Below are positions 13,009 to 25,139 of a DNA stretch of 64,000 nt, piece after piece. Numbering within the stretch: position 1 is the first letter of the stretch; each line of letters begins with the position of its first letter. The notes under the pieces are model-generated. The model saw only the letters and a program-made list of their open reading frames with translations. It searched no databases and was not told the DNA's origin. The stretch comes from Craspedostauros australis. Its lineage: Eukaryota. Both the position numbers and the translations under genes were made by a program. The stretch covers positions 1-64,000 of the forward strand of contig JALAGF010002905.1 of the NCBI GenBank assembly GCA_030167865.1, read 5' to 3'.

Positions 13009-13644
13009 GTTTGGCAGTCTCACAGTTGAGATTTGTGTGTCGATGGCCACACTGGGAATCTTTACTGAAATGGATTTTGCACTCATTCGTTGCGCGTACT
13101 CGCACGTATTATAGTTGTACCAGACACATCTGCCCATTTCGCTCATTCGTTCCTTTCTTGCTTGCCTGTTGTCGCAATCGCCTTGCCCGTACTCTCTGGT
13201 ACTTCGGCCCAACTTCGCGCCAAAAATAAATAGCGCGCCTCACGGGATCCTGGACCAATCTGCCCTGAGTTGACATGACCTCATCCAACTTGACTTGGTG
13301 TGGAACAAGATGCATGTGTGACTGACCAGATGTTCCCTGTCACACGCACACCGTTGCTTGTCGGAGACACCCATCAGACGCGTGCGAATGACGACAGACC
13401 CCCATCGTGTTGTACAGAATGGATCCGTTCCCTGTCACCCGTTTTGCACCTTTCCTCTGTTATGCTCCGTGTGATTCTCTGTCTCTGTCTCTGTACGAGC
13501 AGACAGAGCACCCTCTACCGTGCGATCTACTCTGTTCAAAGTCAACTGTCACTCACTGTTTTTGGTTCGTTGACTTCTTGGTCTACTACCAATACTCTAC
13601 TCGTACGTGTATCCGGATGTGTATGGTAGTCGTAGGCAATAGCT

Positions 13645-14214
13645 CTATTTCTTCGCTTGGTTCTGGGACTCCTTCTCCCAATCGCTGAAGGTCCTGGTGA
13701 CGACCATGCGTTCGATCTTCAAGTCGTCGTTCACGAGGAACCGCGTCTGGCCCTCCACATCCAATGGCGTGCCCTGCGGCGCGATGCCCTGCGATTCGCC
13801 GCTCCACGTGCCCTCCTCGTACCAGTTGGCCCACACCCAGCGCGACTTGCCATGCAGGCAGGTGGGCGGCAGATGGAACTTGACCAAGACGTCGGGATGC
13901 GCGGCCAGAAACTCCATGCACCGATCGCCCAGCTGATCCGGCGTGGCGGTGCGTTCCGAGTTCGACACGCCGCAGACGTCGCGGATCTTGGTGCCCGCGG
14001 GATCGAAGCAGCTCACGATCTGCTCGCGGCTCTGCTTCTGCACGCCGTCAAAGTAACGGCTCACCACCTCCTCGCGCAGCTTCTTGCCGCCACCCATTCG
14101 CAGTCGCAGGCGTTGCAGGGCGTTGGGCTTCACCGCGCTGGAGTAGGCGGCCGTCGTGGCCGCAAGGAGGGCGGTGGCTGCCACCAACACGAGTATCTGT
14201 TGCTGTGACTTCAT
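13645..14214 (-). CDS. SnoaL/NTF2-like fold protein with signal peptide and possible plastid transit peptide (alternative ATG at 14232)
   Basis: VVSRYFDGV..IVSCFDP..FLAAHPD..WYEEGTWSGE..GIAPQGTPLDVEGQTRFLV..KIERM fits the SnoaL-like pattern. N-terminal hydrophobic segment ends TAA-YSS. Confidence 0.75.
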   Translation of the reverse strand: MKSQQQILVLVAATALLAATTAAYSSAVKPNALQRLRLRMGGGKKLREEVVSRYFDGVQKQSREQIVSCFDPAGTKIRDVCGVSNSERTATPDQLGDRCMEFLAAHPDVLVKFHLPPTCLHGKSRWVWANWYEEGTWSGESQGIAPQGTPLDVEGQTRFLVNDDLKIERMVVTRTFSDWEKESQNQAKK

Positions 14215-14762
14215 GGTGCTCGAGGATTGCATGGATGAAGATGTGGTTGATGCTTCGCTAACTGGTCTGGAGGGGCGTGTTGGTTGATGGAAGGTGGGCG
14301 GAGGCTGCGCAGCGCAGAGCCACAAACAAGCAAACAAACGCGAAGAGGGAAGTGTGTCCAACGGATGTGGATACGAAAGAGGATCATGTGGTGGTCGAAC
14401 GTCAATGTCTTGTCGGACTCCATCCATTGTTGTCGGACATCCAAGTCCCGCATTGCTTTCTTTCGTGAATGAGACGTGAGCGAAGGAGATTCGCTGCGTT
14501 CTTGTCCGCTTCGGTTGCCGACGAACCCGCGTCACTCACCCTCGACGAACCAAGGCAACAACAAGACGCTGCAGTGATCACCTCACAATCGCAAGCGCAC
14601 ATCCATCACACCACTTGCGAAACCAAAAGGACGCCTCCCTCGCGGTCACACAGCCTCTCTCTCTCTCTCTGGGCCATCAACTGTGGGGTATTGGTGCTCT
14701 CCAACGAAGACAAACGAGAAGAAAAAAGACGTCAAGAGGCAGAGACATCACTCACAATTCCG

Positions 14763-16061
14763 ATGGTGACCACAATTGACGACCATTTATCGACAGCTCC
14801 GAGTGTGAGCGCAAGCGCACATACAAACGCACATACAAGTACCCTCCATCATCGACGCGCTCAACACAGCACTCAACAGCAACAGACACATCAGCAAATA
14901 AAGCAGCAATCACCAGAGAAGCAAAAGCATCCTCTGCACGACAACCACAAAAGCAAGAGCAAGGGGAAAGACAAGGACAAGGATAAAAGCAGCAGGATGG
15001 ATGTCATCAACTGGGCCAACGCGGCGACCTACGTCATGTCAGGCTGTCTGCAGCCCCTTCTGATGACTCTGATCGCCGAGGCCGGGCTGGGTGACTCAAC
15101 GGCACAGCTCTACATGATCTTCTACTACCTGGGACCGGCATCTGCCGTCTTCCAATGGTACTACGAGAGAGATCGGACGCCATGGCCGTCCAACACCAAG
15201 ATCCTGCATGCAGCGGGCATCGGCTTTTGGGACATCAGCGCGACTACGCTCAATTACACCGGCGCAGCGCTGGCGGGACCCACCATCTTCTCGATCATCT
15301 ATTCGTCTGTGACGGTCTGGACGGCCGTCTTCTCCAAAATTCTGCTGGGGCGCCAGCTCAACGGGTACCAATGGGTGGGGGTCGTAGCCGTGTTCGGAGG
15401 ATTGACCATCACTGCCACCAGTTCCACACATCTGGGAAGCGATGTCATCCGCGGTGTGGTGTTCGCAACCGTGGGATCTGCCATGCACGCGATGACGTAC
15501 GTCCTCAGCGAGGGCATCATGACGAAGGGAGGGGAGGCGAGCCTCACCGTCGCGCAGAACTGCACCATCCAGGGGACCTTCGCGCTGATCGTATTCTCGG
15601 TGTGGGAGATGGTCTACACGTTCCCCAGATACGACGAACTGATCGCGGAGCCGATGGAGGAGGCTGGGACGTCCATGATGTACGCGTGGCTGCTCCTCAT
15701 TTCCTTCTTCCTGGCGAGCATCGTCCATTCGTTGACATTCTACCACACCCTGCGCTACTTCATGGGAGGTGCGACGAGCGCGGGCGTCATGAAGGGACTG
15801 CAGGCGGTGCTTGTCTTCGTCCTCACCGACGCTGTGTACTGCGGCAGGCTTGGCGGCCAGGAGATGTGCTTCAGCTCGGCCAAGTTCATGTCCCTCGTCA
15901 CCGTCGTTGGTGGCGTGCTCATTTTCGGCGCAGCGACCAAGCAGGTCCACGATCGAGAGCAGCCATCGCGCGACGAATACGAGCCGATCCACAAGGAGGC
16001 GCAGCTGCAATCAACGATGACATTGGATTCGGAAGCGGGCCCATCGTCGCCGCTGATATAG
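14763..16061 (+). CDS. Multi-pass membrane transporter, DMT/EamA/SLC35-like superfamily
   Basis: About 9-10 hydrophobic helices. The motif IFSIIYSSVTVWTAVFSKILLGRQLNGYQWVGV is typical of DMT/nucleotide-sugar transporters. Start chosen at MVTTIDD. Confidence 0.8.
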   Translation: MVTTIDDHLSTAPSVSASAHTNAHTSTLHHRRAQHSTQQQQTHQQIKQQSPEKQKHPLHDNHKSKSKGKDKDKDKSSRMDVINWANAATYVMSGCLQPLLMTLIAEAGLGDSTAQLYMIFYYLGPASAVFQWYYERDRTPWPSNTKILHAAGIGFWDISATTLNYTGAALAGPTIFSIIYSSVTVWTAVFSKILLGRQLNGYQWVGVVAVFGGLTITATSSTHLGSDVIRGVVFATVGSAMHAMTYVLSEGIMTKGGEASLTVAQNCTIQGTFALIVFSVWEMVYTFPRYDELIAEPMEEAGTSMMYAWLLLISFFLASIVHSLTFYHTLRYFMGGATSAGVMKGLQAVLVFVLTDAVYCGRLGGQEMCFSSAKFMSLVTVVGGVLIFGAATKQVHDREQPSRDEYEPIHKEAQLQSTMTLDSEAGPSSPLI

Positions 16062-16722
16062 AACCGATCACGTCAACCAATCATTTCAACCTTCGATTGA
16101 TTCGAAGGATCGCATGGTCCCGAGAGTTCCGTAGGTGCCTACTCTCAGAGTAGAGCACAATGATAGTCGTATGGCAGAGTATGAAGCAGTGCTCCACGCT
16201 TTTCATATGGTATATCGTAGATAATCACTAATAGACACAGCCTCGCATTTTCTTGCATACGCGTACGAGTACAACGGGTAGAGAGGGAGTTGAGCGAGGA
16301 AGGAACACCATTGCTCTATGGTGCACCGTGTTGGCGCATCCGCGTCTGTGATGATGGAAGATTCAATCTTGATTCATCTCCTGTAGACTATCGCAGACGA
16401 CATTGTCTTGGTGTGAAGTTTGCGATAGTTGTGGTGTTTGGTTTCGCTCCCTCCACAACAACCACCACAGAAACCTGCGTGGATGCAACACGCGCAAGAG
16501 AGAGAGGATGGAACGAAGTTGAGATGCTGTTGTGCACAAATACCTGGACGAAACAGGCTTCCCTCTCTGCAACTTTCTTTTCTGGCCGAACAGGAACAGA
16601 TCCAACACCAACCCCTTGCATTGACGCAACCACACGGCTACGTTGCGCTCCACTACTGCTGCTACTGCTACCACTACTCAACTCTGCTTCCGTTGAACCA
16701 ACGCGACGATTGGAGACAAACG

Positions 16723-19700
16723 ATGCGGATCCGCAACAACCTCGATCACAATCGTGCGCAAGCGCAAAATCACATTCGCAACCAACAGCAAACGAGAGGA
16801 GCATCGAACAGAACAGCCGCAAGAACTCCGGCCACAGTCGGCAACGCCGCCACTCTCGCAGCAGACGGCCCCAGCAATCGCAAAGGAAGCGGCGGTATAG
16901 ACGACTGTTTCGAATACGCCATCGACTATTCCACGGGCAAAGCGTTGGGCGAGAAGCTGTGGGAGGAACGGCGACGTAGCAACGAACCGTACAGCTTCGG
17001 AACGTTGCCAACAGACCAGCAGACAAATCTCATCTCCATCGATCGAATAGAGCAGGTCATTGCCGATGCCACCAGCAACTTTCAGCAGTTGAGCACGATG
17101 CCGCCTGCGCCACCGCCCCTTCCTGTTTCCACCGCCAACATCGGTGCTGCTGCATCCGGTCCATTTCCTACTTCTGTCCCCAGTTTTTCCAATACGACGA
17201 GCGCCGCAGTCGCCAGCAGCAATAGCAACAGCAATAGCATGACTACGAACAGCAACTCACACAGCAGAAGCCACGTGAATGTGCAGAGCAACAGCAACAA
17301 CAACAGCAACAACAATGTCAACACCAAAACGCATACCAACACCAACACCGTCAGTCCCGTCACCAGCAGCAACTTCTCCACCAATCCATCGCGGTACGGT
17401 TCCGCGACTGCGCAGACTTCGCCATCAGCCAAATCGAACCAACCCGGAGGGTCGTCTCGATCCGCTCGCAGATCTCTTCCAACCGCAATGGAGATCGTCG
17501 AGATATACGACGATGATGACGATGACGACGATGAGTTTGGTGACTTTGATGAAGCCCTGGCGAATGTGGACATCGAGAACATCGTATCCACCAAGTCACG
17601 TGCATCCAACTCATCCTCTGCGCGTGCCAACTACGGTTCAACCTTCGATTCCAACACGACACGTGCCACGGCAAGCAACACATACACAAGTTCGTTCTCC
17701 AACCCAACACCCGCCCCTGCGACCAACAGCTACAGCAACACTTCATACGACAACAGCAATAGCTACGGCAACGGTGATTTCGGAAGCACGAACAATGGGC
17801 AAGCATATGGGTCAGCATACAATGCTTCGGCCATGACATCAGAGGGCACCTTCGGTCCTGCAACGTTCGATAAGAGCAGCGATGTGCCTCTATGCCCAGG
17901 TCATAATCGACCATGTCGCACTCTCACATCCAGAACATCTGCCAGCTACGGCCGTGAATTCTACAAGTGTTCGATGCAAGGAGACCAGGCCTGCGACTTC
18001 TTCGAATGGGCGGATGGGGATGATGGCACATGGGAGGCTGCGAATGGTGGTGGCGGAGGAGGCAGCCTGGATGCCTCGCCCATGACGTACGACTTCACGA
18101 AAGATATCACCCAGGAGAACAGGAGGAAGTTTGGACACCGCGCTTTCCGCCCAGGTCAAAAGAATGTCATCGAGGCATCGATGCAGGGGAAAGACGTCTT
18201 CGTGCTGATGCCGACGGGCGGTGGAAAGTCGTTGTGTTACCAGCTTCCTGCATGGTGTTGTCCGGGGCTCACCGTGGTGATCTCGCCGCTGCTATCATTG
18301 ATCGAAGACCAGGTGCTGTCACTGAGAAAGCTCGGCATAGAATCCGTCTTCCTCAGCTCGGCACAGGATTACCACAGCGAGCAGGCCGAGATCATCCGCA
18401 GATTGAATGAAACGACCGCGGATGATGGAATCCAGCTGCTGTACGTCACGCCAGAGAAGCTGTCTCGATCCGGCGTCATGAAGGGCATCCTGAGCCGGTT
18501 GTGCAAGCAGAACCTGATCAATCGATTCGTCGTTGACGAGGCCCATTGCCTCAGCGATTGGGGACACGACTTCCGTCCCGACTACAACCAACTGGGCTCG
18601 CTGCGCACGGATTATCCCAGGGTTCCGCTCATGGCTCTCACGGCGACGGCCAACGACAAGGTGGTCAAGGATTCCATGAAAGCGCTGAAGATGAGAGACC
18701 CGTACCTTTACAGATCATCCTTCAACCGTCCCAACTTGCGCTATGAGGTCCGCAAGAAGGACAGCAAGGTGGTGGGTTCCCTCGTCGACTACGTGTCTCG
18801 CAGACCATCCGATTCGGGCGTCATCTACTGCCTCAGCCGGAAGGACTGCGAGGTCGTTTCCGAGAAGCTGCAGGCCAAGCTGAGAGAGAAGAACTGCCGC
18901 AACGTGCGTGTCTCATTCTACCATGCCGAGCTGCCCCAAGACGAACGCGCACGGCGACATTACGATTGGTCGAATGGTACCATCAACGTCCTTTGTGCAA
19001 CCGTAGCCTTTGGGATGGGAATTGACAAACCAGGTGAGTGGATGGTGTGAAATGCCAAGACTGGCGTGGCCGATGATGAGCGATGAGCGATGAGTGATGA
19101 GTGATGAACGCTGATCAAGATGGACTGAAGCGTGGGGTGAAACATATATTTCTCGGTCACGATACGACGAAATCTGGCCAGTCAATGTCACTCATTGCAT
19201 CGCATTGCGTTGCGTCCCGTTGCACCACATTCTACTTTTCTCTCCAACATACGATTATTCTCCACTCGTATTGCACTCCTACCCCTCCTCCTCCTATTTG
19301 TACATGACCACGTGCATGCACTATACTTGCAGATGTCCGATACGTCATCCATTACTCCATGCCCAAGTCCATCACTCATTACTATCAGGAAAGTGGGCGT
19401 GCGGGGCGAGACGGAGAACAAGCCGACTGCATCCTGTACTACGCCTACAAGGACAAGTGCGTGCTGGAGCACATGATCCGAAAGTCGTCACCAAATCCCA
19501 ACAGCAGCAGCGCACGTCGCAAGATCGATCAACTGTACTCGTGCGCGAGGTACTGCGAGGATGTAACGCGATGCCGCCGCACAATGCAGCTGGAATTCTT
19601 CGGTGAGAGCTTTGACAGAGCCAAATGTAACAAGACCTGCGACAACTGCAAATCAGGGAGAGAGGTGGAGATGCGGGATCTCACGACGGACGCGAAGTGC

Positions 19701-21250
19701 ATTCTTGATCTCTTGGAGCAGGTCCGTTCGCAGCAAAAGAACAACGGCGTCACCTTGACGCAGCTGCTGCAACTATACCGAGGCTCGAAGAGCAAGACAG
19801 CGGTGAAGTATCTGAACACCTCTGTCTTGACGCACTACGGTAAGGGATCGTCGTACAAGATCGACGTACTGCAACGGATCGCACACACAATGGTGTTTGA
19901 AAAGCTGATTGTCGAAGTGAGCGCGACAAACACCGGAGGCTTCTTGTCCGATTATGCCGAGCCAGGAGAGAATGCGCGTTACCTTCTGGACAACACACGC
20001 AAGTTCATGATGGAGTTTTCCAAGAAAGCACGGACGACCAAGTCATCGACATCGACGACGACGACCACAAGGGCGGTGCCGGGCTCTTCCTCATCATCGT
20101 CCACCACAACGCCGAGAACAAACGCGGCGGCACGAAGGAAATCAGCACCATTGAAGGCTGGTGGAGAGAAGCCGAAGGCGAGGCGTGGTGCTCGTTCCAG
20201 ATCAGTAGGCGGCGATCACTCCATCAACGCCCCAGTATCTTCCAGCGGCACCAGCCAATACTTCCCCGGCCAACGCAATCAGCGGCACCAGAACAACCGC
20301 AGGTCAGGGATGGGTGCAGATGACAGTCCTGGTTTGCAATTTGCGGAAATCGTCATCGATGACGATGATGACGACAACGGCGACAGCATGCGAAACAACA
20401 CCAGCAGTGCTACCGATGATCACACTCCAGATTGGTTCTCCGCTCTAACCGACAATCCGCCTCCGTCGCTCTCCAAGGCAACGAGTGGCAAAGCCGATGG
20501 CGTGCTGCCCTATCAATTCACGAAGAAGCTCGCGGAAACAATCAAGACGTTGACCATGCTCTGGGCGAAGGAAGAGCAGACCTACGGCAACAACATCTTC
20601 TGTGAGTACTTTGTCTTGACATCTCTGCTCTGTACGAGCATGGTACACAGCCTCGCTGCATTCTTTGAGTACGACTTTGACGCACTTCCTTGGATCAGAA
20701 ATGGAACAACTCTGACTGTCATTGAATTTGTTTTTGGTTTATCTCTCGCTGGCCCCTGTCAACATGCATCTCTCCATCATCGTTATCACCATCGGCATCA
20801 ACAACATCAACAAAAACCCCACAACCCACCAAACATCCGCATCCACATCCACAACCGTATGTTCTAATAGACTGGCACATCATGAAGAGCGAAGAGACCA
20901 AGGTCATTGCTTCGAACGTCCCCACGACGAAGGAGGAGCTGGTGACTCTGGGCGTGCTCGGTGAGAACAAGATCAATCAATACGGTGACAAGCTGCTGCG
21001 CGGCATCAATCGGTTCATCGAGTCCAACGGCCTGGAGGGTTATCTGAAGAAGGCCAAGCCTGGATCCAAGCGTCCTCTGTCTGATGGAGGTGGCGGATCA
21101 GCAGCTGCAACAGGAGCAAGCCCAGCCAACCAACCCACCAAACGAAGGGCCATCGAAAGACCAGGTGCCAACAAATTATCGGACGCATTCTCCGACGATG
21201 AGGAATTTGCTACGGATATCGATTTTGGCGCCTTGGGAGACGGTTTCTAG
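16723..21250 (+). CDS. RecQ-family DNA helicase (BLM/Sgs1 type) with GRF zinc finger, RQC and HRDC; 3 exons (16723-19033, 19333-20601, 20871-21250), about 1319 aa
   Basis: Motifs [59 protein letters not shown] and [15 protein letters not shown] zinc site [11 protein letters not shown], and a C-terminal HRDC-like segment. Both introns are GTGAGT..AG and restore the frame (3960 nt). Confidence 0.95.
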
Positions 21251-21878
21251 AGAGAGAGCGTGTGTTGGCACAGCATTCTCTCACCGAGCCGGAGCAGTTG
21301 CACGCATATAGGTCTCGTATGTTCTATGGCACATGCGGAGATGTCCACGTTGACGTGTGTAGAGTCTTATAGTCCTGCGCACGCGCGTTGCGTACAAGCT
21401 AGCACCGTACACAATCGTCAATCTTGATCCAAATGCTAAACGCCCGGTCCGTTCTTGGCAACATGATTTTGTGGAAATCGAGACGAAGTGTGCTTTTGTG
21501 TCCAAATTGGATAATGTGAGTCCTGCTCGTGAATGGATCATTTCCAAGTGGAGGCTCGTGTTGAAGATGCGAACATCGATGATCCACGAAATGCGGACGC
21601 AGAGAGAACGCGAAGAACACACAACAGCTTCAACGCCATCACACACATCAACGACGAAATCCTGTCCCCCTTGGCATCAGCACCGCCAACGCCACAAACC
21701 ACAAGATCAACACAATCACCTGCCGACTGCCATCCACCACCATCATCATCATCATCATCGTCGTCGTCTTTGACAGCTTTGGCGACATTGACACCAGAGG
21801 AATAATAAAAAATAATAAGCACCACCACACCTTCGGAGAGTTGCAGACACCGATAGAGTACGACACTATACTCTACAC

Positions 21879-21910
21879 GATACGATACGATACGATACGT
21901 TACGTTACGA
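21879..21910 (+). repeat. Pentanucleotide microsatellite (GATAC)n decaying to (GTTAC)n
   Basis: gatacgatacgatacgatacgttacgttacga read directly. Confidence 0.8.
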
Positions 21911-22131
21911 GCCATAATAGGTGTGTCGAGAAGACAGTCTTCTTGAGAGCCATCCCATCACCTTCAAACTTGTGCGCTTGTGGGCATCACATTCGCCACG
22001 TTTGTCACAACACATCGTTGGATCCTTTTCCCGTTCAATCGGTCATTCGTCCTTCCATCCTTCGATTCACCGCTCGGCACGATTGCTGAAACATACAGAT
22101 ACACACTCAAATACACGCACACAAGTACAAC

Positions 22132-24751
22132 ATGAAGTTCAGTTCGAAGACATTGACAGCAGTGCTGCTGGTCGCATTCGCAAGCGATGCCACCTGCTTC
22201 ACACCGCAGCAGCATGCCGGCGCTTCCCCTGCCTTTGCTCCCACCAACAAGATTGTCAGCAAAAGCAACAGCGCCCTGCATGCCATGCCACCCATGATCA
22301 TCGGTGGAATGATCCGCAAGATGCGAGAAGAGCAGGCCAAAAAGAAGATGCCCATGGCATCGACAGAAGAACAGATCGATGCCGCACCAGGATTGCGGGT
22401 GGGAACCGATGCCTGGAAATGGCCGCCCGTGTGGCCATACGACCAGGAGTTCTTCACGCCCAAGGAGGACATCCCGGACAAGCCAGCGCCGCCGATAAAC
22501 CCCATGGCAGGCATGATGGGGGCTGCCGCCCAAATGTCGCAGACTCCTGAAGCACCGGCTGAGGAAGAAGAGGAAAAGGAGACTCTCGACCCGCTGAACT
22601 ACTGGGGTGTGGAAAAGGCGGACGTCAAGACCGACTTGGATCCCGAAGCTGCAGAGAAGTTGACCAAGTGAGTTATGACGAATCATGTGAAGATTCAATT
22701 GAGTTTCGTCTGCATCAGAGCCTGCATTTTGTAGTTGCATTTGTATTTGTGCAACTGTTGCTGTCTCTGTCTGTCTTTCTCTCTTGTTTTATGGCATGTG
22801 CGCCAACACCATCAATTCCCAACATTTCAGAATAGCTCACATCCAAGTCGCCACGCCTTCCAATTCTCATCAATTGTGAACCCCACTCCGCCCATACGCC
22901 CCATTCTTGTGCAACAACTCCCCTCCTTGCCTACTCGCATTCTCCGACATCTGCAGCCACTACACATACTACTTGAAGGATGGAATGTCCGTGTTGGAGC
23001 TCGGCGCAGCCGAAGAATCCTACCTCCCCAAGGACTTCAAGCCAAGCCGCCATGTGGGAGTCGGCGCAAACATGAAATTGATGAAGGAAAATCCATCCCT
23101 CACAGAACAGCTCGTGGTCGATCTCAACAATGTCGTCGAGGACCGCGATGTCGACAATGACGACCTCAGAGCCTTGGCGGTCGACCAATTCGACGTCGTC
23201 ATCATGGCGAACACCATCGAGTACCTGACCAACCCACGCGAAGTCCTGCGATCTGCCTGGTACCTCACCAAGCCAGGCGGTACCATGTTCATCTCATTCT
23301 CCAACAAAAAGGCATTCTCCAGCAAGTTCGTACGCGCGCAGACCAAGATGTGGCGGGATTTCAACGACGACCAGCACATGTGGATCGCTGGGTCCATGTT
23401 CCAATTCAGCGCCGGCGAAGGTTGGGAGAATTTGCTCGGATTCGACGTCTCGCCAGAGAGTGCCAAGGACGCTCTGGAGAGCGGTCCCTTGGACTTCATG
23501 AAGCGCGGTAAGGAGAACAACTACTACGTCGTGCAAGCCACGCGCGGTGTACAGGCAGACGTCATCGACGAGGCGGATCCAGAATCCTCTCTCAAATCCA
23601 AAATGTGGATGCTCCCCACCATCGAGGATCGCGACAAGCAGCTCGTCGCGCCACGTCTTGGTAGGGTCTACAAGTCCACGGAAGATGGCGAAGTCAAGGA
23701 AGCCATCTCGGAGAACCTGAACAAGCTCCCGGTCGTCTACGAAGCCCTCACAAAGATGGACCAATTCTCCTTCACATTCCAAATGCAATCGCAGCTTGCA
23801 ACAGATCTCATCGTGAATCCTTTCTTCGATGCCAACGATGAGCAGATGAATGCTCTCAAGCAAGGTACGTTCATCATCATTGATCGTGCGGCGCTGTCCT
23901 ATTCCTTTGGTATCGTCTCCTGATGCTCCGTCCTGTGACAAGAGCAGAATGGAGTATTGCGGCTTGAATTGCTGTGATTTTATTCGATGTGGTTGTATGT
24001 CTCCCACTATGCACGCACGCATGACCATTGATACTTCTATTGCTTCGTCACATCTTTCCCCACCGCATTCATGCACTCACATACTGTATGCACATACGTG
24101 CTCATACTCACTGAAAATATGGAAACATTGGACTATTGAAACATTCCTTCCAACTCGCTCACCACCTTCATTTCAATGACAACGACGACAACAGGGCTCG
24201 GATTGCGAACACCATCACCTGAATTCTGGCAACCGATCGGCGAACAGACCGGAGCTATGAACATTGATGATAAGATCAACCTCCTGGCCTACCTCGTGCC
24301 ACGATTCGGCACAGGTGACGCAGAGCAGGACAAGGCACTGAAGAACGTCGCATCGGGCTTGAAGCCAACCTTTGCCTTGATCCGGTCCAAATGCCCCTCC
24401 ATGGAGGAAAGCGACGTCCAATTGTTGGGAACTGAATTGCTTTCTGCCGAGATCCTTGTGCCTGGCCGATCCACCCTCGACGAATTCGCGGCATGGATCA
24501 GCGCGATGACGCCGGCTGAGATGGAGGAGGTACTGGCCAACCGCAAAACGATAACGTCGGAGGCCAAGTCCGAGCTCGATGCGTACAAGCAGCAGGTGGA
24601 GGAGGACAAGAAGAAGCGCGAAGAGCTTCGAAAACAGTACGAGGAGCAGGTGCAGAAAGCAAGAGAGGAACGATCCATGGCCTTCAATCCAGCCAGTGGC
24701 AAGTTCCAAGAGATCAAGAAGGAAGCCAAGGAAACGACGGCATCCAAGTAG
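22132..24751 (+). CDS. Plastid-targeted class I SAM-dependent methyltransferase-like protein with long helical C-terminal extension; 3 exons (22132-22667, 22957-23864, 24195-24751), about 666 aa
   Basis: Signal peptide plus ATC-FTP. Motifs VLELGAAEESYLP, GVGAN, VVDLN, FDVVIMANTIEYLTNPREVL and LTKPGG..ISFSN. GT-AG introns give 2001 nt in frame. Confidence 0.85.
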
Positions 24752-25139
24752 AGCAATACTTGTGTACGGTAGATCGTGCATCCTCTTTTCGAGTAACACC
24801 GAGGTTGTCATGAAATACACATAGGGTCCATGCGAATACAGTAGAGTACTCCATTACTGGTAGTCCGATACTGCCTCTCGTCTGTGACACGCTGTTGTAT
24901 TGGAACACTTTGTACGAGCGTTAAGATTGCCTCTGTCCTCGATTTGTCCAATGTGGCAGGTAGAGCAGCGCACCGTTGTGTGTCCTATCTTGTGTACGAG
25001 CTACTCTATCTACTGTTGGAGTAGGATGAGATTGCATCGTGCGCATGTCGCAATTGTGCTGGGCATCCATCCACACACCATAGCAACAGACAGGGCTCCC
25101 ACACTGTCCAGACCCCATCGTCGCCACAATGCCTGTGCC

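Noticed and set aside
16429-16722. N-terminal extension of the RecQ ORF from a GTG
   Set aside because: Non-ATG start and UTR-like composition. The ATG at 16723 gives a BLM-like N-terminus.
19070-19130. TGATGA and CTGA boxes in RecQ intron 1 suggesting a C/D snoRNA
   Set aside because: The boxes arise from a GATGAGY 7-mer tandem repeat. No terminal stem or recognisable guide sequence.
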